Of a DNA stretch of 49,481 nucleotides, positions 1 to 9,662 are shown in pieces. Positions within the stretch are counted from its first letter, which is position 1. Every line of letters starts with the position of its first letter. Below the pieces are notes generated by a model, which was not told the DNA's origin, did not search any database, and saw only the letters and a program-made list of their open reading frames with translations. Source of the DNA: Candidatus Helarchaeota archaeon (GTDB taxonomy: Archaea; Asgardarchaeota; Lokiarchaeia; Helarchaeales; RDOG01). The DNA is taken from contig JALGVI010000033.1 of the NCBI GenBank assembly GCA_029838215.1, positions 1 to 49,481 on the forward strand. The letters run 5' to 3'. Position numbers and translations under genes: made by a program.

Positions 1-827
1 TCAGCTTCTTGTAATGCGCTGTTTAGCTCGGCAATTTGCTTGTCTTTTTCTTCTACTTGAGCAGCGGCTTGTTGTAATTCGCCCAATTTTCCCTCAAGGT
101 CACTAACCTTTGCTTGTAACTCACTGATCTGTTGCTCCTTTGTGCCAAGATCTCCAGTTTGAGCTTGCATATTTGAGACTTTGCTTTCCAAATCAGCGAT
201 GGCAGAATCTTTTTCTGCAAGTTGCCCTTGAATGCTTGAAATTTGTTCATTCAATTGGGCAATCTGTTGGTCTTTTTCAGCAATAATATTATCTTTTTCG
301 CTTAATTGAGTTGAGAGTTGACTCGCATCGGAAGCAGCAACTTCAAGGGATGAGATTTTTCCCTTGGCTTCCTCAAGTTTTGCGTTTAAATCATTAACGT
401 TATTTTTTAAGGTCTCAATTATTTTTTCCTTTCCAGTGATTGCTTGGTCTTTTTCGGCAACGACCCCACTAAGTTTTTCGCCATCTGCTTCTAGATCCGC
501 TATTTCTTTTGCTTTGGCTTCGAGTTCTTGGCTTTTTTCGTCCAACTCAGCCCTAGTATTATTTAGCAACTGTTGTAAATCGTTTTTTTCGGCTTCGAGT
601 GTTTCAAGGGCTTGCGTTTTTTCTTGCAGACTCGTGTTCATTGCCTCAAGTCGAACCGTTGTACTTTCTAATTGTGCCTTAAGCTTCGCAACTTCCTCAT
701 TCAGGCTATTTATTTCATTGTTTTGGGATTCTATTTTATCTCGAGAGTTAAGTAGGAATTGTCCGGGAACTTTATGATCTTTTTCGGGTTTTAACTCGAT
801 CTTGCTCCAATCTATTTCATACGCCAT
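1..827 (-). CDS. Long coiled-coil protein, 3' end runs off the window
   Basis: Not in the ORF track (no stop in window). Translated by hand from ATG at 827 after GGGTGAG: MAYEIDWSKIELKPEKDHKVPGQFLLNSRDKIESQNNEINSLNEEVAKLKAQLE..., 275 open codons of heptad-rich E/K/Q/L sequence. Confidence 0.85.
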   Translation of the reverse strand, partial: MAYEIDWSKIELKPEKDHKVPGQFLLNSRDKIESQNNEINSLNEEVAKLKAQLESTTVRLEAMNTSLQEKTQALETLEAEKNDLQQLLNNTRAELDEKSQELEAKAKEIADLEADGEKLSGVVAEKDQAITGKEKIIETLKNNVNDLNAKLEEAKGKISSLEVAASDASQLSTQLSEKDNIIAEKDQQIAQLNEQISSIQGQLAEKDSAIADLESKVSNMQAQTGDLGTKEQQISELQAKVSDLEGKLGELQQAAAQVEEKDKQIAELNSALQEA

Positions 828-952
828 TGGCTCACCCTTTTCTGAGTGAATTAAATCCATTTTTCAAGAATTTATAATCTGTCTTTAATAGGTAAAAAGT
901 TTTCCTGATTTTTTAATTAATTGGTGCATATATAACATATTTGGTGTTCAAT

Positions 953-1249
953 ATGGGAAGACAAAAAACGTTATTCGGCATGGAACCGCATGATGATTCG
1001 AAATCAAAACATGAGAAGGCAAAACCGAAAAACACCCAAGACAGGACTCCTGCCCAAACATCGAAACTTCCGGTAGAAACTCGTCGTGGTAAAAAAGCCA
1101 GGATAGATCGGACGAGACCAAAAAGTGAGTTTTATACGTGTGAATGTGGACTAATGATGCACTGGAAAGTGGCGGAGGGTAGGCGGGATGGTTGTCCAGC
1201 ATGTGGAAAACCCATTCCTCTTTCGGAGCTGTTTTTAAAAATCGATTAA
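953..1249 (+). CDS. Small basic protein with C-terminal zinc ribbon
   Basis: CECG...CPACG cysteine pairs after a basic low-complexity N-terminus; ATG at 953 preferred over the track TTG at 941. Confidence 0.7.
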   Translation: MGRQKTLFGMEPHDDSKSKHEKAKPKNTQDRTPAQTSKLPVETRRGKKARIDRTRPKSEFYTCECGLMMHWKVAEGRRDGCPACGKPIPLSELFLKID

Positions 1250-1331
1250 CTTTATAAGATAAAGGATTTTTTATCCTTAAATTTAATTAGGACGTTTTGT
1301 TTATCATATATAAACATGTTAGGTGTTTTTC

Positions 1332-1850
1332 ATGAGCACGAGCAGTAAAATGCAAGCACTTCTAAAGGAAGGAAACTCTTATCGCATCTTAAATCTCAAG
1401 CGCTTTAAAAAGGAAGCTAGTTCGACATCGTCCATCTTTTCCAAAACTCTAACCAAGGTCATGAAGACCATGATTTCAATGGAGAAGGACCATCCAACTT
1501 TCCAAGAGATTGCCCAGAAGCACGGTCTTGACTTTGCGGACATAAAAGATCTTCTCGTGTACCTATATGAAAGAGATTGTATAAGTTTCATGGAATTGCT
1601 TCCTTTTTTTGAAGAGAAACTCACTCAAGAGAAGGGGAAATCAGTTCAGGAAAAATTAATGGGGTTAGGGCTCATGGATCGTGCTAATTATGAAGAATCC
1701 TTGGAAATTTTGAGAAATGTCCTGCCATATTTGGAGAATGCAGATAATACTTTAGAATATATTGCAGAAAAAATCAATGTCCGTCCTTTAAAACTGCAAA
1801 CAATCCTAAGGCGATTTAAGCCTGAATGGATTCCTATTGAACTCGAGTAA
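1332..1850 (+). CDS. Hypothetical protein with probable HTH motifs
   Basis: Two HTH-like segments (FQEIAQKHGLDFADIKDLL; LEYIAEKINVRPLKLQTIL). Confidence 0.6.
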   Translation: MSTSSKMQALLKEGNSYRILNLKRFKKEASSTSSIFSKTLTKVMKTMISMEKDHPTFQEIAQKHGLDFADIKDLLVYLYERDCISFMELLPFFEEKLTQEKGKSVQEKLMGLGLMDRANYEESLEILRNVLPYLENADNTLEYIAEKINVRPLKLQTILRRFKPEWIPIELE

Positions 1851-1852
1851 AA

Positions 1853-2392
1853 TCAAAGAGAATTTCCATATTTTTCTCGCCACGTGATTTTTTCGAGTGA
1901 GATGCGGCTACTGGTGTTTTTCTTTTCTGCTTCTGTTGGATGACCGATTGCAAGGACGGCTTGTAATTCAAACGAGTTAGGAACGGCGAGGATTTTTTCG
2001 ACCTGTTCTCTTTGGTTTAAGATTTCGCCGAGCCAGACTGCCCCAAGATTAAACGCGTGAATGGAGATCAACATATTTTGGATGCAAGCACCAATTGCCT
2101 GCATGTCTTTCGTTCGATTATATCCTTTATTTTGATCAAAAAATACCGCGATTAATACTGGTGCATTTTTAATGATTTTTCCATATTTGGTGCAATCAGC
2201 CAGATCTTTTTTAATCTTCGGGTTTTTGACGATGATAAATCGCCAAGGTTGATTGTTTAATCCTGACGGAGCCCAACTGCCAGCTTCCAAAATCTTTATT
2301 ATCAAATCATCGGTAATTTCTTTGTCCATCATAAATTTTCTAATGCTTCTTCTTGATTTTATCACTTGTACCGTTTCTGACAAATCCTTCAC
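1853..2392 (-). CDS. Nitroreductase family protein
   Basis: RRSIRKF and WAPSGLNNQPWRF motifs, G-A-C-I-Q-N-M-L, LGAVW. Confidence 0.92.
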   Translation of the reverse strand: MKDLSETVQVIKSRRSIRKFMMDKEITDDLIIKILEAGSWAPSGLNNQPWRFIIVKNPKIKKDLADCTKYGKIIKNAPVLIAVFFDQNKGYNRTKDMQAIGACIQNMLISIHAFNLGAVWLGEILNQREQVEKILAVPNSFELQAVLAIGHPTEAEKKNTSSRISLEKITWREKYGNSL

Positions 2393-2510
2393 AAACCTTT
2401 AACTTATCATTTTTTATCCAAGCTTGTTTCACGTGATGCTTCCAAGTCATCATTTCTTGTAATTGGAAATTGAATAATCAGATTATTAAAATGATTTCAA
2501 TATACAAGGA

Positions 2511-2978
2511 GTGATGATGGATAAAAAAATACGCGTGATGGTCTTTGGCACGTTTGACTTACTGCATATTGGTCACGTTACACTCCTTGAAAAAGCCAGG
2601 GAACTTGGAGGTAAGGATGCCGAATTAATCGTGGTTATCGCCCGAGATTCATCCGTGTTAAAAGAAAAAGGTCGTCCCCCAATCTTCAATGAAAAACAGC
2701 GACTTGCCTTGATACAAGCATTAAAGGCTGTTGATGTAGCGCTTTTAGGGAATAAAGATCCTGACCACTTCAAGATAATTCTTGACGTGAAGCCCGACGT
2801 GATTGTCTTGGGGTATGATCAAAAAGTCGATCTTGATGCTTTGGAAAAGACGCTGACGCAGAGAGGACTTAAAGACTTCAAGGTTCTTCGCCTCGAGAAA
2901 TACGGGGAACCGGGATATAATAGTTCTTCTTCAATTAAAGAAAAAATCAAAGAAAAGATTCTGGAGAATGGTTTTTAA
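2511..2978 (+). CDS. ribL: Archaeal FAD synthase (cytidylyltransferase fold)
   Basis: GTFDLLHIGH (HxGH), VIARD, PDVIVLGYDQ, SSSSIK; adjacent to riboflavin kinase. Confidence 0.88.
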   Translation: MMMDKKIRVMVFGTFDLLHIGHVTLLEKARELGGKDAELIVVIARDSSVLKEKGRPPIFNEKQRLALIQALKAVDVALLGNKDPDHFKIILDVKPDVIVLGYDQKVDLDALEKTLTQRGLKDFKVLRLEKYGEPGYNSSSSIKEKIKEKILENGF

Positions 2979-2986
2979 AAAATTTA

Positions 2987-3685
2987 TCATTCTAAAAAAA
3001 CTCGAACAGAAACCAAATCGCCATCTTTTAAGCCCAATTGTTCTCTTAAATTATGTGGAGAAATAATTTCAAGGACATCTTCTTTCCAACTCGTGCGTTG
3101 AATGACAAGGACGGCACCTTCAATTTTGTTATTGATCGTTGCTTTAAAGCACGTGACAGGACCGTATGTTCGCGTGGCATCTTTAAACCCATCTATTCGA
3201 ATTCCCTGCGTTGTTTTGTCTTGAAGCAAACGTCGTTTCTCCATGTCGCGTCTATTTTTCAATTTTAGGTTCAGGGTACCTGCAAATACTTTTTTGAATG
3301 CCAATTTTTCAACGAATTGCGTGTAATATTTCTCAAGACTGATATAATGTCCACCTTCTCCCATGCCAGTGAAGAGTTCACCTTGAATGTCAATTATTTT
3401 ATCTCTTATCATGAAGGCATCCGCAAGTAAATCTCGAATCTTTTCAAGTTCCTGTTCACCGCTCTGAGTTATTCGTATGTATTGTCCTTTTATTGATGGA
3501 CGTTTGATTATCCATTTTTGTTCTTCCAGCTCATTTAACTTACGGGATGCGGTCTGTTGGCTTATTGTCGCCCCTTCAGAGAATTCTCGTGCAAAACGTG
3601 ATGTTGAAATGTCTATTTCTTTAGTAAGGGCACCCAATTTTGCAAGCATGATAAGATAGGGCCATAGGTCTTTCGTTTTTTTCAT
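2987..3685 (-). CDS. ribK: CTP-dependent riboflavin kinase with N-terminal winged HTH (RbkR type)
   Basis: SQQTASR HTH, G-x-G-E-G-x-x-Y, GTLNL, EIISP, LREQLGLKDGD. Confidence 0.92.
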   Translation of the reverse strand: MKKTKDLWPYLIMLAKLGALTKEIDISTSRFAREFSEGATISQQTASRKLNELEEQKWIIKRPSIKGQYIRITQSGEQELEKIRDLLADAFMIRDKIIDIQGELFTGMGEGGHYISLEKYYTQFVEKLAFKKVFAGTLNLKLKNRRDMEKRRLLQDKTTQGIRIDGFKDATRTYGPVTCFKATINNKIEGAVLVIQRTSWKEDVLEIISPHNLREQLGLKDGDLVSVRVFLE

Positions 3686-3729
3686 TGATTTTTCCTTGTC
3701 CTTAGTCGTGTTTCATGTAAACGCGTGTT

Positions 3730-4443
3730 TTAATTGCTTGAATTTTTATCAGGCTTAGTATCTAAGAAATCTTTTTTAATTTTATTTGCCAGTCGATGAG
3801 CAAGTGATAAAGGAATGGGCATTTTTTCTGTTTTTATTAACTTCGTGATTAGGGTGATGGATGTTTTAAGAGAAATGCGATGTCCAGGAGATATGAAAAT
3901 TGGATTTGTTCGAGGAATTGCTTGAATTGAAGCCCCAATTCTCGTGCCGTTATCATCGATCACGTATTTCCATGTTTTATCTTTCGGTTCCGTTGAAATC
4001 CTACCATGAAGGAGATTTCGTGCCATACCAATGCTTGGTTTATCGAGCAATATGCCGAGATGAGAAGCGGCTCCAATTCGCATGGGATGAATCGTGCCAT
4101 GAGCATTGAAGAGAATCAAGTCTGGAGAGTGTTTTAATCCTGCAATGCATTCAAGGATTGGAGGTCCTTCACGAAAAACAAAATATGTTGGTATATACGG
4201 AAATTCAAGTCTTGTTTGGCATGTATTTTCTTCAATCACTTTTAAAGAGGAAAAATCAACGGTCACGCATGCAGTGAAAGCCAAATCATCAATATATGCG
4301 GAATCAACACCCGTCACTGATGAGATGGACTCAAAGTCATCATATAATCTAATAAATGGCACGAGTTGTAGTTGATGTTCACGTAATTTCTGCAAGTCGT
4401 TTTTATTTTCATTGATTAATCGTAAAAATTCTGAAATCGTCAT
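3730..4443 (-). CDS. nfi: Endonuclease V family protein (one metal-binding Asp appears as Asn)
   Basis: GVDSAY, FPYIPTYFVFRE, GTIHPMRIGAASHLG, PSIGMA, ISPGHRIS, PLSLAH. Confidence 0.88.
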   Translation of the reverse strand: MTISEFLRLINENKNDLQKLREHQLQLVPFIRLYDDFESISSVTGVDSAYIDDLAFTACVTVDFSSLKVIEENTCQTRLEFPYIPTYFVFREGPPILECIAGLKHSPDLILFNAHGTIHPMRIGAASHLGILLDKPSIGMARNLLHGRISTEPKDKTWKYVIDDNGTRIGASIQAIPRTNPIFISPGHRISLKTSITLITKLIKTEKMPIPLSLAHRLANKIKKDFLDTKPDKNSSN

Positions 4444-5984
4444 TCCATGACTCGTCCAGTAATGCCGATAAAGACCGGTCCTTTAAGGTCTATGCGTTTT
4501 TCGTTGGACGTGATGTAAAAACGGACATCTTGCGGTATCTTTATGTTGAGTTCAGATGCTTTTTTCACCATTTTCACGCGAATTTGAAAAGAGGACTCAT
4601 GTTTATCGATCATTTCTTCAGTTTTTCTTGCGGCTTGGGCAGCAATGGCATCGAGAAATCGGATTCCTGTCCCGACACCTTCGCCTTTTATAGAGCCTAT
4701 AATGGAACCGTCTTTCACGCATATTTCATTTAATGATGCTTTTCCGAGAAGCTTTGCTCCCTTATCCTGTTCCCAAATAAGCAATTCCACGGGGATGTCT
4801 CGGATTTTCCCTTTCCAAGCAATAATTTCGACGGGAGCCTCTTCGTCCTTGTGTTGTTCCGCCATTTTAATGATGGATTTCATTATTTCTTTTCCAGTTG
4901 ACGTTCGGGGCTCCATTTCATAATCGATTTTTTCGGCGATATCTTCATCGGACAATACTTGTTCGTAATAATATGGGTAAGTGAGCTTCCTGATGTCATC
5001 GATTCCTGTTTGAATCATGGCGAAACGTTCGACTCCGATTCCAAGATTAAAAACGGGATATTCAATACCAAACTTCGCAAGACTTACAGGGCTATAGAAA
5101 CCACCATCTCCAATTTCTATCCACTGACCGGTCTCATGTTTAATGAAAATCTCATATTCTGTTTGCGGGGCATAATATTTAGACGTGCCTTTCTTAATTT
5201 CAAACCGGACGTCCGGATATCCGAGTTCCTTCAGGATTAATATTGAAATTCTCTTCGTGTCTTCAAGTGTGATCTCATCATTTTCGATGACGAGTGAAAT
5301 GGTGTGTGAAGTGTAGAGGTGTGTCTTGTCAAGTTGCTGTTCACGGCGAAATTTTGGACCCACATGAAATAGTTGCACGGGTAAAACGCGGCTTTTCTGC
5401 ATTGCAGCAAGTACTGGGAACCAAAGTGCCGTTGTATGACTTCTTAACGTTAGTGACGTTGGTATCGGCGTGAGTGTTTTGAATTCTGGAAAAACACCAT
5501 CAATAATCTGGGTGGCTTCTTCTTCCTTGATATCTAACCGAATGATCATCGTTTCAATTAAATCATCGGCTTCAATCTTTCCGATTTTATATTCCCGCAG
5601 TATCTTTTTAAGGATGTCTTCTTTTGAAAAAGAAGGAATGATCTTTCGGATTTTATTGATTTTTTCCTTTGAAAGTCCTATTTCAGGGCGTGGTAATCCC
5701 GCGAGATAGAAAAGTCTATCCAAGATCAATGCGGCTTCGGGTCCGTATTCCTTGTATACGAGAGATTCATCTAGAATTACGGGAAGGACTAGCTCTTCAA
5801 ATCCCAGCTTGATCAATATCTTCCGTGCTTTTTCAATAAAATCATAAATCACGTGTGATTTACCTTGATCCTTGCGGAGCTCGAATTTTTTTCCTTCAAT
5901 ATCAAGGAGGTCCTTTGTTTTGACCCAAGCCTCTTCATAATCCTTCTCCATTAAGCTCTTTATGTATTTCAAATCAAATTTCAT
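4440..5984 (-). CDS. sepS: O-phosphoseryl-tRNA(Cys) synthetase (SepRS)
   Basis: YGPEAALILDRLFYLAGLPRP, TLRSHTT, KFRREQ, SKYY, YSPVSLAKFGIEYPVFNLGIGVERFAM; ATG at 5984 after AAGGAG. Confidence 0.93.
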   Translation of the reverse strand: MKFDLKYIKSLMEKDYEEAWVKTKDLLDIEGKKFELRKDQGKSHVIYDFIEKARKILIKLGFEELVLPVILDESLVYKEYGPEAALILDRLFYLAGLPRPEIGLSKEKINKIRKIIPSFSKEDILKKILREYKIGKIEADDLIETMIIRLDIKEEEATQIIDGVFPEFKTLTPIPTSLTLRSHTTALWFPVLAAMQKSRVLPVQLFHVGPKFRREQQLDKTHLYTSHTISLVIENDEITLEDTKRISILILKELGYPDVRFEIKKGTSKYYAPQTEYEIFIKHETGQWIEIGDGGFYSPVSLAKFGIEYPVFNLGIGVERFAMIQTGIDDIRKLTYPYYYEQVLSDEDIAEKIDYEMEPRTSTGKEIMKSIIKMAEQHKDEEAPVEIIAWKGKIRDIPVELLIWEQDKGAKLLGKASLNEICVKDGSIIGSIKGEGVGTGIRFLDAIAAQAARKTEEMIDKHESSFQIRVKMVKKASELNIKIPQDVRFYITSNEKRIDLKGPVFIGITGRVME

Positions 5985-6023
5985 GTGAGTGCTCCTTATC
6001 AATCAAAGATAAAAAAGAATTTT

Positions 6024-6473
6024 TTATTTAGCAGGAACGATTTCTTCAAATCGCAACTTCTTTAAAAATAATTTCTTGTATTTTTCGATGATTTCAACGT
6101 TCCATTCAATCGGCATGCTCAAGATAATGCGTTTTATTTCATCCCTTGGATTTATTATAACCTTATCAGGATTAGGAAACGTTTCAATCAGTTCCACTTT
6201 AACATCATTCAAGCATTTTAGTATGTCATCTATCTTTTCTGGCATGGTCGAATAATCAACGACGATATTTATAATCTTGAACCGTTCGATTTCTTCCTTG
6301 ATGATTTTTTCGACTTTCTCTTTAAAGAGCAAATAGGCATAATTTATGGCTTCCTTGGTCAATTTTCTTTCAAATTTTTTTTCAGCTTCTATTCTAGAGC
6401 GATCCATTTCGGATTTAATTAGTGAATCGAGTCGATTTAGCTCGGTCAAGATTTTATTATTCACGAGAACCAT
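6024..6473 (-). CDS. Hypothetical protein upstream of sepS
   Basis: 149-aa ORF with protein-like E/K/I/L composition, co-oriented with sepS; no motif recognised. Confidence 0.6.
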   Translation of the reverse strand: MVLVNNKILTELNRLDSLIKSEMDRSRIEAEKKFERKLTKEAINYAYLLFKEKVEKIIKEEIERFKIINIVVDYSTMPEKIDDILKCLNDVKVELIETFPNPDKVIINPRDEIKRIILSMPIEWNVEIIEKYKKLFLKKLRFEEIVPAK

Positions 6474-6570
6474 CAGTCTTCTCTCCTGAATGATGCGAGT
6501 AATTTCATTTTCATATTAAGTTTGTGATTTAAATATTTATTCGATCATCTAATTTTTTCAGTGATTTGTT

Positions 6571-7113
6571 ATGAACGAAGATCTATCAGAAGCAAGTAAA
6601 GCCGTGTTTCCCATTTTTGCCCAAGCACACTTCTTCGTTTCACGTCAAGGAAAAATCACGCAAGTTTTGACGTTCTATTACCACGATGAGAAATATTTTT
6701 ATCGTGGTCTTCAGGATCATCCCGATCTCTTAAAGGATGAGTTGAAAACAATTTCTTCAAACATGGACCGGTTCTTTACAGAAGAGAAAAATATTTTGAA
6801 TGGTGAACGCGTTTCGCCCGAAGTCACGCATGTAGACCTTTTTTTTCATGGATCAGCAATTTTTCCCGCAATTTTAATGTTTGTAGAATTTCAAGGTCAA
6901 ATAAAGAGCGGTAGGAATCTCTATGAATCCTGGACAGAACAGGAAATCCTTGAATATGGTTGTTTAGCAACGTGGACATTTCCTTTTGGGGCGAGAATAC
7001 TAAAAATTGTATCGCCATTGCAGTATGACATCTTTTCGCACGTGATTGTATTCAAGGGTGGCAAAGGAGACCTAGTTGGCGGTCGAGAAAAGATATATTT
7101 TCAAATGCCGTAG
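6571..7113 (+). CDS. Hypothetical protein
   Basis: 180-aa ATG ORF with globular composition; no family recognised. Confidence 0.65.
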   Translation: MNEDLSEASKAVFPIFAQAHFFVSRQGKITQVLTFYYHDEKYFYRGLQDHPDLLKDELKTISSNMDRFFTEEKNILNGERVSPEVTHVDLFFHGSAIFPAILMFVEFQGQIKSGRNLYESWTEQEILEYGCLATWTFPFGARILKIVSPLQYDIFSHVIVFKGGKGDLVGGREKIYFQMP

Positions 7114-7273
7114 TCCGTCGCAGGAGATTCCAAATCATTCGCTTTGTCAAGTAAAAGCTTCGAAAGACTGATGAAAAAAAATCAAAACTTTTTTATATCT
7201 TATAAGGATGTTGATTAAAAAGAATCTCTAAAAAATCAAACCTTTGTTAATCAGACTCAACGGAAGAAACAAG

Positions 7274-7390
7274 ATGAATCAATTCATGGAATTAGAAAAT
7301 CAACAAAATTTCAATTTAAGCTTTGTAGAAGTTAGTTTACTTCTTCTTCTTTCCGTTGTAGTCGTTATTATTATTGTCCTTCTTCTATAA
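7274..7390 (+). CDS. Putative 38-aa single-pass membrane peptide
   Basis: Hand translation: MNQFMELENQQNFNLSFVEVSLLLLLSVVVVIIIVLLL*; below the track cutoff. Confidence 0.5.
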   Translation: MNQFMELENQQNFNLSFVEVSLLLLLSVVVVIIIVLLL

Positions 7391-7512
7391 AAGACCTGAG
7401 AAATTCACACGGATTTTTTGGGTCTTTGAATGCTAAATAGTTGCTAGAGACATGAGAAAATAAAAATATCGTGAAGGAAAAACAAAGGAAAAAATCAAGA
7501 GGTATGGACCGC

Positions 7513-8097
7513 ATGAACGAAAATAAAATTTATGAAATACGATGGCACGGTCGAGGTGGTCAAGGGACAGTGACTGCAGCGAACATGGTATCAGCCGCAG
7601 CATTTGCAGACGGCTATAAAGGTGTCCAATCCATTCCTTTGATTGGTGCAGAAAGGCGTGGATCGGCAATCCAGGTATTCTCTCGCCTTAGCAAGGAGAC
7701 CATTCGCATCCATAGCCAAATTCAATATCCAGACATCGTGGTATGCATTGATCCCAGCTTATTTGCCAGTTATGCTGACATGGTCATGTCGGGCATCAAA
7801 GAAGATGGGATACTGATAGTAAATTCTTCTAAAAAACCGGAAGAAATAAACACGGATAAAAAAATCAAGATATGTACCGTTGATGCTTCGGGGATTTCCG
7901 TCAATTTAAATTTAGAATTTGGAGGAGCATTTGTGGTCAATTCACCCATGCTTGGTGCCTTTGTAAAAGGGACGGGTTTGATTCAACTGGAAACCCTACT
8001 ATCTTTACTCGAGAAAAAATGGAAGGGAGAGTGGGGTGCAAGAAACATCGAAGCTGTAAAAACGGCTTACGAAAAATGCACCTGCGTAAAAAAATGA
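7513..8097 (+). CDS. porG: 2-oxoacid:ferredoxin oxidoreductase gamma subunit
   Basis: EIRWHGRGGQG, GAERRGSA, NSPMLGAF; ATG at 7513 preferred. Substrate specificity not established. Confidence 0.9.
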   Translation: MNENKIYEIRWHGRGGQGTVTAANMVSAAAFADGYKGVQSIPLIGAERRGSAIQVFSRLSKETIRIHSQIQYPDIVVCIDPSLFASYADMVMSGIKEDGILIVNSSKKPEEINTDKKIKICTVDASGISVNLNLEFGGAFVVNSPMLGAFVKGTGLIQLETLLSLLEKKWKGEWGARNIEAVKTAYEKCTCVKK

Positions 8098-8106
8098 AGG
8101 TGAAAC

Positions 8107-8421
8107 ATGATGGAAAACAACAAGTATAAAAGTTGGCGAAAAGTTCCTGATGAGACAAAGTTTGAAGACTTGCCCCCCGTTCCAATCTCCGTCCCTGATA
8201 AGGGTTCTATAGGATTGACTGGCGAGTGGCGGACGCTCCGTCCTGTCATTGATAAAGAAAAATGCAAGGAGTGCATGTTTTGCTGGGCTTTTTGTCCAGA
8301 GGGAATCATTTACATCACTGCAGACGGCATGCAAATCGACTACGATTATTGCAAGGGTTGTGGAATTTGTGCACACGAATGTCCCTTTGATGCAATAGAG
8401 ATGGAAAGGGAGGTAAAATAA
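8107..8421 (+). CDS. porD: 2-oxoacid:ferredoxin oxidoreductase delta subunit (2x[4Fe-4S])
   Basis: TGEWRTLRPVID, CKECMFCWAFCP, DYDYCKGCGICAHECP. Confidence 0.92.
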   Translation: MMENNKYKSWRKVPDETKFEDLPPVPISVPDKGSIGLTGEWRTLRPVIDKEKCKECMFCWAFCPEGIIYITADGMQIDYDYCKGCGICAHECPFDAIEMEREVK

Positions 8422-8422
8422 C

Positions 8423-9661
8423 ATGGTTGAACACTTACCCGAAACTGTAAAAATCATCTCAGGAAATGAAACGGCTGCTTGGGCAGCACGATATTCGCGA
8501 GTACAAGTCATTTCGGCGTATCCAATTACCCCTCAAACGGTCATCGTTGAAAAACTTTCTGATTTCGTTGATTCAGGAGATTTCGACTGTCAATACGTTC
8601 GTGTTGAAAGCGAACATAGCGTCATGGCTTTCTTGATAGGAGCGAGTTATGTTGGAACTCGAACTTTTAGTGCTACTAGTGGACAGGGTCTTTTCTATAT
8701 GAACGAAATGCTTCATTGGGCTCCTCCAACGAGGCTACCAATCGTGCTTGGTGTAGTAGATCGAGGTGTTGCACCGGGATGGAACATTTGGGCAGATCAT
8801 CAAGATGTTATCGCTTCTCGTGATACTGGTTGGATGATAATGTTTGCCTCCAATCATCAGGAGATTTTTGATAATATCGTTCAGGCTTATAGAATTTGTG
8901 AGGATACTCGCGTTTTTCTGCCAATGATGGTATGTTTGGAAGGTTTTTCTCTAAGCCACACTAATCAGCCCGTATATTTACCAGACCAAAAGCTCGTGGA
9001 TGAATATTTGCCTAAAGTACCGAAAAATGGTTGGCCACACATTTACTTGGATCCAGAACGGCCTGTGTTTCACGGAAGCCTTCAGATTCCTGGGGGCACC
9101 ACGGCAATGCCGAATGCAATGTATTTCGAATTTCGAGCATTAATTGATAAGGCACAACAAGCTGCGAAACCCGTTATCAGAGAAGCCGCCCAAGAATTTG
9201 AGAAGAAATTCGGACGTAATCATGGCGAATTGATAAAAAAATACCGCTGTGATGATGCTGAAGCCGCATTGGTATGCATGGGTAACTTGGCGGACCAAGC
9301 TAGTGTGGCAGTTGATCGAATGCGAAAAGACGGATACAAAGTCGGCTTGATCAAGCTCCGCGTGTATAAGCCCTTCCCAATAGAAGATTTCTGTGATGTT
9401 GCAAACGAAGGCAATATAAAGATATTTGCAACGATGGAACGCAACATGGCATTCAGCTTGAATGGAGGAGCAGTATCTGCGGATCTCAAATCTGCCTTGT
9501 ATGTGAATGATGAAAAGCCACTTGTAGTTCCTTATGTTGCAGGCGTTGGCGGGCGAGATGTCACGGTAGAACAACAATGCGAAGTTTTACGGAATACACT
9601 GAAAATGGATGCTGGCGAGGCTAAAAAAATGACTCCGAGGTATGTGAATTTCCACTATTGA
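8423..9661 (+). CDS. porA: 2-oxoacid:ferredoxin oxidoreductase alpha subunit
   Basis: SGNETAA, AYPITPQT, VESEHS, TSGQGL, KLRVYKPFP, GVGGRD. Confidence 0.92.
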   Translation: MVEHLPETVKIISGNETAAWAARYSRVQVISAYPITPQTVIVEKLSDFVDSGDFDCQYVRVESEHSVMAFLIGASYVGTRTFSATSGQGLFYMNEMLHWAPPTRLPIVLGVVDRGVAPGWNIWADHQDVIASRDTGWMIMFASNHQEIFDNIVQAYRICEDTRVFLPMMVCLEGFSLSHTNQPVYLPDQKLVDEYLPKVPKNGWPHIYLDPERPVFHGSLQIPGGTTAMPNAMYFEFRALIDKAQQAAKPVIREAAQEFEKKFGRNHGELIKKYRCDDAEAALVCMGNLADQASVAVDRMRKDGYKVGLIKLRVYKPFPIEDFCDVANEGNIKIFATMERNMAFSLNGGAVSADLKSALYVNDEKPLVVPYVAGVGGRDVTVEQQCEVLRNTLKMDAGEAKKMTPRYVNFHY

Positions 9662-9662
9662 G

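Noticed and set aside
6024-6473. SepCysE identity for the gene upstream of sepS
   Set aside because: No resemblance to the methanogen SepCysE sequence as I recall it; kept as hypothetical.
7162-7174. Hammerhead ribozyme core (GAAA, CTGATGA)
   Set aside because: The elements are 2 nt apart with no room for the stems.
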